Program-made: the position numbers and the translations under genes
Source: a virus
Direction: 5' to 3' (one strand)
IMG/VR virus record: IMGVR_UViG_3300025381_000007
Length of the DNA: 64,000 nucleotides
Part shown: positions 29,501-39,100 of the stretch, in pieces
How positions within the stretch are numbered: the stretch's first letter is position 1
Layout of the letters: each line of letters opens with the position of its first letter
The notes under the pieces: generated by a model
The model's input: only the letters and a program-made list of their open reading frames with translations
Database searches by the model: none
Told to the model about the DNA's origin: nothing

Positions 29501-29829
29501 TGTAGTGTTGCCGGACCAGTAACTGTTAAGTTAGTTGTAGTAAAGTTTGTAGCAGTAGCACTAACAAATGTAGATAATCCTGTTACATTTAAAGTATTAG
29601 TAAAGTTAACAGCATTGGTAGCAGTTAATGTACCATATACAGTCGTAGCGCCGTAAAATGTGGAAGTAGTACCGACTATTAAGTTTTTATTGATTGCGGC
29701 GCCGCCAGCAACTTGAAACGTGCCAGCTTGCGATCCTTGCGTGTACGTAGCAGTAGTAACTGGGGAGGTACCTTCTACGGATAACCCTGCTCGGGTGATA
29801 AAATCTTTAGTTAGTGATGTTAGTGCCAT
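26548..29829 (-). CDS. Thr-rich fibre-like virion protein (1093 aa)
   Basis: Repeated TATNFTATTAT and GxSTLxGVTAT units; C-terminal DTFSTSSYRSAEYTVQI...EKIMLFQDG..VYMTEYA...LGTFDA domain typical of phage structural proteins. Confidence 0.75.
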   Translation of the reverse strand: MALTSLTKDFITRAGLSVEGTSPVTTATYTQGSQAGTFQVAGGAAINKNLIVGTTSTFYGATTVYGTLTATNAVNFTNTLNVTGLSTFVSATATNFTTTNLTVTGPATLQSTLNVTGQSTLGALNAAITTVTTFYATGESILQGVTAGLVTATSLVVTGQSTLQGVTATSVTATTLTVSGAATVSGNLIANSNSAATGAANGSGALQVTGGAGISGALYVGGTAYVAGDLYVDGTQFVVNKNTISSGDNALVLSTGSTSAILANGAGLYIGQSSSTAYISLTYDGVANWVSSGGVKVNSTASVSSTNTGALQVAGGLGVAGGVYAAGAITATNINAILGQAGAPGNIYGGAVGQLVYQTGASQTGFIATGTNGTILEMAGGIPTWTSISGLTAGNATTATNIQAGLAYEIPYQSAPGQTAFSTSLEFNPTGYGGTQGLFTTTNIAIGGGNNATAATGASGSLMVTGGAGISQDLWVGGNVNVNGSIFLKGVGLDTISGTTGTFVNVAITGTNTALNVTNSAIIGQTLTATNISVIGTAGASSTNTGALQVAGGVGVAQNMYVGGVFYGGPTQSTIGLANPLMVLTNNVNGYTQIQIQNTSTGNQASSDFIATANNGTDSSNYIDMGINNSGFSTATWTISGANDGYLYVDGGNLTLGTDAANKYVYIHTGGTLASNIVASFYAANTSVSSTNTGALTVAGGVGISGGLFVGGAVTATNLTSTTLNVSGQSTLAGVTATILTATSAVINTTLNVVGQSTLAGVTATAFTATSVTVNGNETVNGNLTVTGQTILGSATATNFTATTATVVNNLTVGGESILQGVTAGLVTATTLSVTGQTTLGSTTATNFTATTATIVSNLTVNGESFLQGVTATVVTATSLTVHGPTTIDGTLTLNSPINLGNASAGNFTATTATITSNLTVNGISTFTNTVYMTSTTNSTSPTTGALQVTGGVGVGGNVVVGGVVYGGNTGTVGTTVSAFAGNAYLESSYVSATISSGQSGVTQYLDTFSTSSYRSAEYTVQITDLPNIHVEKIMLFQDGGTNVYMTEYAVMTNNGELGTFDAAYSGTNVVLKFTPTSPSSMVIKLQRTAIAI

Positions 29830-29848
29830 ATTAGTGTATTACCCTTCG

Positions 29849-31066
29849 TTAGAACGCTACCGTTGTCCTTATCAATTTTATTGTCATTGTTGTTCCTGAT
29901 ATGTAAGGTGTAAAATACAATCTTACATTATTATCAAGTTCAACATCTGCTGAAAACTCGCCTAATACTGTGGGTCCCACTCTGCTATACTCTGTAGAAT
30001 ACACATTCTGCAAGTTATCAACCAATAACAAAATCTCAACTGCTTCAAATAATGCCCCGTAACCTGCTCCTGATTCTATTTGAACTACATATTTTGCAGT
30101 TCTATAGTAGGTTACTGGATACACATCTATCACAGTTGTCGCTGTTGTATTTATTACAGTCTGCGCAGAAGTGATATCTGCGGCTAAAAGTTGTATGGCA
30201 CCGCCTATAGTGATGTTGCCGCCTACCCCAATACCGTTTTTAACTACTAGTGCTCCGGTAGTAGTGCTTGTAGAGTCTGTGGCATTGGTTAAAGTTATTA
30301 CTTGATCTGATATAGCACCGCGTGTTGTTACAGATTCTAATGTACTAATATCGCTAAAATACAAAGTATTAGAAGTAGCAGTAATTAAAATATCAGGCCC
30401 AGATTGTACAACATTGAAAAAACTAGCGGTTGTGAGTACTTGATGGGCTTGCAAATAAAGGTTCCCGCCTACCCATAAATCTCGGCCAATGCCAACACCG
30501 CCTTGTACAACTAATGCTCCTGTTGTAGTAGACGTTGCATTTGTATTATTAGCAATATTTTCAGTACCAGTTAATGTTAAGTTTCCAGTGAGGTTAGTGG
30601 TTCCACCAACAGTTAAGTTACCTCGAATACCAACCCCTCCAGCTACAGTTAGTGCGCCTGTAGTAGTCGAGGTCGATGCTGTTATATTTGTAAGACAAAT
30701 AGTTTGATCAGTTGTATTTCCACGAAGTGTTACTGATTCTAATGTGCTAGTATTCCATATAGTTGCGGTAAATCCCACTGTGGCAATAGCAGTATCAGTG
30801 CCAGCTAACAATGTCATAACACCTTGTGAACTGGTGTTAGATTGTGTAATATATTGATAGATAGTAGCACTGGTAATAACCACTGCGCCGCCTACGGTAG
30901 CTGTATTACCGGTTACCACAAAATTGTAGGTAGTAACTGTAGACACATTTTGTGGTGCTACCGTTTGTATTGACCAAACTGAACCGTTCCAAATGTATGT
31001 TTGGCCGCTGGCTGTGGTATATTTTTGTCCGATTGTTGGGTTACTTGGAAATCCTAATGTTGCCAT
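29849..31066 (-). CDS. Fibre-like virion protein (405 aa)
   Basis: N-terminal FPSNPTIGQKYT..GQTYIWNGSVW; STTTGALxVxGGVGI repeats; C-terminal domain paralogous to that of the 1093-aa protein (YRTAKYVVQI...EILLL...YSTEYS). Confidence 0.75.
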   Translation of the reverse strand: MATLGFPSNPTIGQKYTTASGQTYIWNGSVWSIQTVAPQNVSTVTTYNFVVTGNTATVGGAVVITSATIYQYITQSNTSSQGVMTLLAGTDTAIATVGFTATIWNTSTLESVTLRGNTTDQTICLTNITASTSTTTGALTVAGGVGIRGNLTVGGTTNLTGNLTLTGTENIANNTNATSTTTGALVVQGGVGIGRDLWVGGNLYLQAHQVLTTASFFNVVQSGPDILITATSNTLYFSDISTLESVTTRGAISDQVITLTNATDSTSTTTGALVVKNGIGVGGNITIGGAIQLLAADITSAQTVINTTATTVIDVYPVTYYRTAKYVVQIESGAGYGALFEAVEILLLVDNLQNVYSTEYSRVGPTVLGEFSADVELDNNVRLYFTPYISGTTMTIKLIRTTVAF

Positions 31067-31078
31067 ATTTTTTACTCT

Positions 31079-32779
31079 TTATAGTTGTGCTATTTGTACC
31101 CAGAAGTAGTTTGTACCGTCAAGGATATATTGATATTCTGCCAATGTATCCGAGTTAATCCAAAAATCTCCTATGTTAGGTAATAGCGGAACTGTTGTAC
31201 TTACCGTTACTTGTGGACTATATAGTTTATAGTTTTCTTGTGGATTACCGTCTGCACTATAGATACTACCTTGTACACCCACACCTCCGGCAACAGTGAC
31301 TGCTCCAGATGTTTGATTTGTAGAAGGTGTAGTATCTGTTACACTAATATTAGTAGCAGTGGTTGACAACAGATTGGCATTCTTTGGAGTAGATGCTCCA
31401 ATGACTATATTATCAATGTGGCCAGTAACAGAAGGATTAACAACTACAGTGCCAATAGGACTTAACGTTACTGTTCCTGTACCTGTAGCATTTAAATTAG
31501 CGCCTACAAATAAACTGCCGCTTAGTCCGGCGCCGCCGTAGACATTAAATGCACCAGTTGTAGTTGAAGTAGAATCATCTCCTAGTCCAACACCTACATC
31601 TGCATTTAATTCTAAATACCCCGAACCGTTGTAATAAAATACCGAACCTATATTGATTTGATTATCTAATCCGTCTACTAAGTTTGAACCTGCTATGGAA
31701 ATATTGTTATTACCCTTGGTCATATTATAGGCCACTGTTGGTCCTATAAAGACATTGTAACTACCTGTTGTAAACCCAGATGCAGCGCCATGTCCAACAA
31801 ATATATTTTGATCTCCGTCATATATACTATTGCCTGCATTAGTTCCAAGAGCAATATTATCAATATTAGAAATAACACGGAATACTGTTCCGCTGTTTAC
31901 ATATGTTGAACCCTGTGTACTAACAGGAGTTCCGGTGCAGTTAACATCTCCTTGTGAAAATAAAGAAAATGTATCTGTAGTCAAAGATTTAGCACGGAAA
32001 TAGTTTCCGTTAAGTGTACCATTAACCGTTCCAACTGTTCCGTAGATTGCTATTTCTGTACCTGTACTCAGCCCGTGATTGGGGACTGTAACAACAGTTG
32101 TAGATCCTACGGCCAATGAAGTAATGTTTCCAATAAGAACTTGAGGAATAGTACCAGCTGTGTATAAACTGCTATCACCAATCGCTATAGTATTTGTTAA
32201 GTAAGTACCGGTACTTAGTGCATAGCGCCCAATAGCAATAGAGTTTACAGCACCGCTTGCGCCACCAGTATATAATTCTTGTAATGCACCCCATCCGATA
32301 GAAATACTATTTTCACCATCTGCTTTACCGTCAGTAAAATTTACTTTACTAAAAGGATCTCCGGTGATAACAATGTTATTTTGATTAGGATTTCTTCCTT
32401 GTCCTACACGCAGACCATTTATATAGATATCTTCACCTGTGTGTAATCCATTAGCAATACCGACGCCACCGTGAACAACTAAAGCACCTGTACTGGTTCC
32501 AGTATTAACAACATTACCTGTAATGTATACAATACCTGTTGTTCCAGTACCTAGTAATGTAACATTACCATCAGGTAGTAGACTATAAACTTTTCCGTTT
32601 GTAAATTCTAAGTTACCTAAACTTGATACAAATGTAACTTGCGAACCAGAGTTAGCAACAAGTGTATAACCTGTGCTAGTGGTAGGTGTAGGCCCCAGTT
32701 GATACTGTACATTGGTTAAGTTAGCATACCCTAATGGTCCGCTACTGTTTAATCTTGATCCACTTAGTAATCCCGGCAT
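31079..32779 (-). CDS. Fibre-like virion protein (566 aa)
   Basis: NSIAIG/NIALG/NIFVG trimeric beta-roll-like repeats; C-terminal GDFWINSDTLAEYQYI..GTNYFWVQ. Confidence 0.7.
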   Translation of the reverse strand: MPGLLSGSRLNSSGPLGYANLTNVQYQLGPTPTTSTGYTLVANSGSQVTFVSSLGNLEFTNGKVYSLLPDGNVTLLGTGTTGIVYITGNVVNTGTSTGALVVHGGVGIANGLHTGEDIYINGLRVGQGRNPNQNNIVITGDPFSKVNFTDGKADGENSISIGWGALQELYTGGASGAVNSIAIGRYALSTGTYLTNTIAIGDSSLYTAGTIPQVLIGNITSLAVGSTTVVTVPNHGLSTGTEIAIYGTVGTVNGTLNGNYFRAKSLTTDTFSLFSQGDVNCTGTPVSTQGSTYVNSGTVFRVISNIDNIALGTNAGNSIYDGDQNIFVGHGAASGFTTGSYNVFIGPTVAYNMTKGNNNISIAGSNLVDGLDNQINIGSVFYYNGSGYLELNADVGVGLGDDSTSTTTGAFNVYGGAGLSGSLFVGANLNATGTGTVTLSPIGTVVVNPSVTGHIDNIVIGASTPKNANLLSTTATNISVTDTTPSTNQTSGAVTVAGGVGVQGSIYSADGNPQENYKLYSPQVTVSTTVPLLPNIGDFWINSDTLAEYQYILDGTNYFWVQIAQL

Positions 32780-32791
32780 TTTTATATCCTA

Positions 32792-33175
32792 TTATGAGTT
32801 AGCAGTTTCAAGTACACTTAAAACTAACTGTAATGTTCCTGGTGTGTCTGCATATGCATAAACTTTATCTAGTTGTTCAAGAATTAGTTTGCCGCTTAAT
32901 GGACTACCAGCATCGTTTGGAGGGATTCCGTAGTTTACTACCAAAGGACTGATGGTATTTCCAGGTTGACCACCATTGCCCTGTGCATCTGCTAGTACAG
33001 GTCGGTTTCTGTAATGAGCAAAACTTACAGAATGAGTTTGTGTGGTTAGGTTTGCAACCTGGGCCATCAGAATGATCGATGTAATACCAATAGGTGCTGT
33101 ATAAACCGATGTCCAGTTTGTAGAAGTCAACACCGCTGTTTTTGTTTTAAATGTGTTTAATGGTAGTTGTGCCAT
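32792..33175 (-). CDS. Small virion structural protein (127 aa)
   Basis: Compact beta-rich ORF (VYTAPIG.TSIIL.AQVAN...GKLILEQLDKV) within the structural operon. Confidence 0.7.
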   Translation of the reverse strand: MAQLPLNTFKTKTAVLTSTNWTSVYTAPIGITSIILMAQVANLTTQTHSVSFAHYRNRPVLADAQGNGGQPGNTISPLVVNYGIPPNDAGSPLSGKLILEQLDKVYAYADTPGTLQLVLSVLETANS

Positions 33176-33187
33176 TTTATCTTATCC

Positions 33188-36100
33188 TTATAATGCTTCG
33201 ATTGCTAGAATGAACGGTGTCATATTAGCAAATAATGATTGTACAAATGTTCTACCACTAATAACACCAGTGGCCTGACTAATAACCAAACTAGGACCGA
33301 TACGGAAATCGCCGTTTTGGTCAGTCGAAGTAAAGAATACTTTACCACCGCCTAGTTGAACTGTTTCTCGTGCCTGTATAGGGTCTGCTTGTCCTACTTG
33401 AGGCAATGCTCCGTAGTTAGTTCCAGCACCAACGTATTCAAATACATATCCAGAAGCAGATATGTAACTGCGTTGATAGAAGTTAACAGTTGCACCGTCC
33501 GGGAATAGTGTAGGATCTGTTACTGCCTGTTCCATTTCTACAATGTGATATGTGCCTGGACGACTCCAGTAACTCAAACCAGCATAGACCATATTGTAGT
33601 TGCCGCCTGTTTCTAAATCATATATTAACTGTTGTAGGATTAATGCAACATCTCGTACACATTTTTGTGCTTGTCCGTGACTCATTGTTGCACCGTTGTA
33701 TACACTAGCATAGAAATGGTTAACATATGCAACAACTTCAGCGGTCATGAAGCTCAAGTTGGCATTGATTAAATCAATAGCACTACCTGCTCCATTTGGT
33801 ATTGTTCCTGTTTTTGTAATCAAACTGCTTGGGACAACACTCAATGCAGCATTTAAGTTAGTTGCAGTAACAATAGTTTCCAAATAACCAAAACGCAAAT
33901 CAATAAATGGCTGAGATGCGCTACCACCTGAAAAACTACTATTAGTTACCTGCGTTACAGTATTTTGATATGTAGGACTATAAACTGTATTGTTAATAAC
34001 ATAATCGGTTAATGTGTTTAGATAACGAATAGCAGCAGCATGTGCATCTATTTGGCTAACTGTGGGACCATTAAACAATGGATTTGTATTAGCCGACAAG
34101 ATATTTGTTCCTGTAACATACGGTTGATTAGCAACATTACTAGTCAACACATCATAGTAAGCATTTCCTGAGAAATAAATCGTAAAGTAACTACTATTGT
34201 CAGGGAAACTTGCACCACTAGTCAATGCTTGACTTAGAGTAATACTGTTATAGTTAATGTCTACAACAGTTGTACCGGTAGCACAATAAAGAACACCATA
34301 GTTTGTATTCACTACGGGAGGAGGATTTTGAGTTAAGAATCCAGGGGCTCCTGTATTTTGAATAGCAAGTACCGTACCAGTACTGCTAATATAATTTCCA
34401 AATTCATCATGTTTATATGGGAATTTATCATAAGGGAAACCAAACTGGTCAATAACATAGACATTGTTTCCAATATGTACATCAGTAGTATCAACACCAG
34501 ACAATGAAATTGTACCAGTTATTAAAGTACTGGTTGTAGGTTGTGCATTTAAGAACCCTTGGATAACAACACCATTAGCAGCTAGTTCCGGACTGTTATA
34601 TGCACTGCTATATGAAGACGGTGGAACAACTTCCATAACCAAACTAATGTGTGGTCGATTGTCTATATCTGGAACAAAGACTTCAATATTACCTTTACTA
34701 TCTGGGAAATACCCTTCTGGATAATATTGGTCTAAAGAGTTGGCACCGTATACTTCTTGTGGACTAAATGGATATGCTCTATTGATAGGATTATAAACGG
34801 TACCACTGAATGCACGACTACCGTAACCCTTAGCAACCAAGCAAAGGTCACCAAAGTTAGCATTACTATTAACAATACTAGCAATACCACCGTTGTCAAC
34901 TTGAACACCTACGCTGGCAAAAATTGTAAACACAGAAACTAACTGTGCATAGCCATTGTTAGTAACTTTAACACCAACGCCGCCTTGAGTTAACTGTGTA
35001 AACGCATCATAAACAAAAGACTGGATAGGACTGCGATCACTAACTACTGAGCCATCAACTAAACTTCCGCCCATAGCACCTATCGAATCAACTTTACGAC
35101 TATCCCATGTGCTTGTGCTACCTGTTTGTGTTAAAGAAAGTGCATCAACTTCTGAGTTTTGTAATGGGAATACACGAGTATTGCCAAAATATAATGTAGC
35201 ATTATTTCCTGCTCCGATGGTAGCAGTACTTAGACCAAGAATGTAGGTTCCAGTAGCCACAGGTGTTATCGATGTTATAGTAGGTGAGCTCTTTACATCT
35301 AAACCATTAGTTCCTGTTAATGCAAATATACCTCCCCCTGCATAGACTGGTGGAGCAAAATCTGGACCTTGATTAATAATAGTACTAATAATGCCAAAGT
35401 TTCTAGCAATAGCCTGTTGTGGCATATAGTTACCACCATATTGGAAGAATGGATTGATAACTTGTTTAGCCACAGTACCAGTTATTACAGCAACAGGTTG
35501 ATTATTGGCAATTTGTTGTGCAATAGAACTAATGTAACTGATTGCTTGAGTAGTTGTTGTAAGCTCGTTAGCAATATAGTTATAGCCTTGATTCCAATAA
35601 CTTAATCCTGCTTCGACACTGCGTTGATTTCCGCCTAATAATACATCTTGGCTAACAGCATCAACCATTAAACCAATGTCACGATAGCAATATCCTTGAT
35701 CGTAGGCAAATGGGGTAATGCTGGCTGTTTTTGCAAGATAGGCAAGGACTTCTGCTATGATAAAACTACGGTTAGCATGTAATAGTGCCCATGCATTTTG
35801 TGCGTTAGCATCATATGATGGTGTCAAACTCTGCGGAGTTTTAGGTCCAGCAGCACTTGGTCCGTTAACAATAATTTTTGTGATCTCGGCAATCTTTTGT
35901 TTTAACTGTTGTGCTTCTATTACAGTTGCCGGAGTATAGCCCACAACAACTTGTGGGACTACTGATTGATAAGGATTAGCAATGGTATTACCGGTTACAA
36001 TATTTTGTACAATGTTTCCAATAAAGTTATAAGCTGAAATTGTTTCAGGAACTTCTGCCGGAAGCTGTGTATTGTTGTTGTAACCCCAATAGTATACACC

Positions 36101-39100
36101 GGATTTAATACTTTGAATATTTCCGCCATGTAATAAGTCAAAGGATACAGCATCAATCATATAGCCAACATCTCTAAAACATGTTGCAGTTGTATAAGAT
36201 AATGTCGGATAGTTGATATACAAGTAACTCATCACACTATTTTGGAATGATGTTCGATGTGCTTGTATTGCATTATAGGCAGCAACATAGGTTGCAGTTG
36301 TGGTAGCAGTTGTTCCAAACTTAACTTGATCAGTAATACCGACTACACCATTAGAAATAATGTTTGTTATAGTACTAAACAATCCAGTAACTAATGTACC
36401 AATAGCAGGGCTACCAAATGTAGTAGCAGTATTAGCTACCAAAGAACTCAAGAAGTTAGTAGCAGAAACAATGGCAGAAACTTCTGATCCTACATTGCCT
36501 GTGTAACTACCTTGGCTCCAATATTGTAAACCAGCAAATGTACTATCGCTTAGGCTTGCATACAACATGTCCATACCAATAGCATCGACAATCAATCCAG
36601 TGTCTCTACTGCATGTTGCTGTATTGAATACAAATGTCGAAGTAGAGTTATATGTGTAATCGATCCATGCTAGAGTTTCAGCAACTAAGAACGAACGGTT
36701 TGCTTCGATGATATTATAGGCATTTACAAAATCCTGAGAAGGATTTACAGTTAAACTAACTGGAGTAAACTCGTAGCCCGTAGGTCCATTGGTAATAATG
36801 TTTGTCAGAGTACTGACAATAGTAGTTACGGTATTGGCCACAGTAACATCAGCAAGTGGCAAACTTGTTACAGGCAGTACCTTAGTTTGATAAGGATTAT
36901 ATCCCGAAGGATTAGTAATCAATGTTCCGATTACAGAACCCAAGAAACTAAATGCTTGAGAAGTTGCAAATGTTTCTTGAGGGATAACTGTAGATCCATT
37001 TTGTGAATAATAGCTCAATCCACTTTGTATTGCTTGACGATTTCCGCCGTATAACAAGTCAAACGATATTGAGTTAATAATGTAGCCAATATCTCGAACA
37101 CATGTAGATGTATTAAAACTTGTTGATGGATAATTCAATCCAGCAGGACTTTCAATATAAGCAAGAACTTCGGCCTGCATATATGGAATATTAGCTTGTA
37201 GCAATGCATAGGTATTTTGTACACTACTTAATGTACTAGCTGTACCGCCATTAGAAACAATTAAATCTGTCCAACCTGAAACATTACCTCTTAGAATACT
37301 TAGAATGGTTGCAAACTCAGTATTAACAGTTGCAACTTCTGCGGCAGTACCTGGCTGAATGTTAGTGATTTGAGTAGCATTACTATAACGAGTAATACCC
37401 AATAACAAATCATCAGTAGCAGTTGTGTTTGTAATGACTTTGTTTGCTATAGTTTGTAGATATGCTATTGCCGCAGTGGTTGTGGTAATTTCATTAGGGA
37501 TATTACCTGTATAACTACCTTGATTGTAATATTGTAAACCGGCAAAAGTTGTTTGACTATATTTTGCTGTTGGGAATAATAAATCTGTAGCAATGCTATC
37601 AACTATCAATCCGGCATCGCGTTGGCACTTAACCTTGTTATAAGGCAAATAACTAGGACCAGTAGGTTGTACTAGATTCCAGTTAATGTAGTTGAGTGTA
37701 TTCTCTTGAATAAACTTTCTGTTGGCCTGTAACAATATTTCAGCACTTACATAGGCTGCATCTGGACCAGTACTTGTATAACTTGCAGGAGCAGCCTGAG
37801 GACCTTGTACAATAATATCTGTTACAATATTAAACAATGAACTAATAGCTGTACCAGCAACACCACCGTCTACTAAAACGGTATTGATAACCTGCGGAAC
37901 ATTTGGAATGTTAACTACAGGAGGAAGAACTGTACAAGTGTTATTAACGATAACATCTTGAATCAAATCATTTAAGTAGTTGATTGCAGCCACACATTGT
38001 GGAATAGAGTTAGCAATGTAACTAACTGGGCCGTTCCAATATGCATTTCCAGATTCTACTGCTTTCTGATTACCACCATAGGCAGCATCATAGGCAATAT
38101 TTTCAACTAAAATACCTGCGTCTCTATACGATAACTGTATTGTAGAAGTATCGTAGCTAACTGTTTGCATAGTTGCAGCAATAAATGCAATAACTTCTGC
38201 TTGAATAAACGCACGATTTGCATGTAATAAAGTCCAAGCATTAACTGCGTTAGTATCGTTGGTTAGTGTTAAGTTTTGTGGAGTCTTAGGACCAGAAGCC
38301 ACAGGACCATTAACAATAATATCTGTGATAACATTGATATTATTTTGTAGAATGTTAGCTTCAGCGATAGTTCCTGGTGTTCCAGATATTACCTGTGTAC
38401 TATTACTATATTTTTTAGGAACAGATTGACCTGTTACAATGTAAGGAATGATACTTTGAATGAATGTATATGCCGCGGTTACTTGTGTTATTTCGCTAGG
38501 CACTTGTGTGGATGTTGTATAACCGTAATAGTAAACACCCGATTTCAAACTTTGTAGATTTCCGCCATGCAACATGTCAAAGCAAACAGAGTCAATAATG
38601 TAACCAACATCTCTATAGCAAGTTGCTGTTGTAAAGTTTGAAGCAGAGTAGTTTAATCCAGAAGGAGAAACAACATAGTTGTAGACTTCTTGTTGTAAAG
38701 TAGTTCTAGCTGACTGAACAGCATTATAAGCAGCATTAATAAACACATTAGATGTAGACAAACTTTCTGGAACAACTTGATTTGTTATGTCAGTTGGAGT
38801 GCCAGCACCTAATATAGTGGTAATAGTATTAAACAATCCGTTTGTAATCGATGTAGCAGTTGTTCCGCCAATACTAAAGTTAGTAATAGTATTTGCAACT
38901 AATGATTTTAAGTAGTTAATAGCCGCAGTAGTTGTTGTTAACTCTCTTGCTATTTGTCCTGTATAGCCGCCTTGACTCCAGTATTGTAGGCCAGCAAATG
39001 TACTATCGCTAGTGCTGTTGTACAACATGTCCATGCTGATTGCATCAACTATTAGTCCTACATCTCTACTACAAGTAGCAGAGTTATATGAGAATGTACC

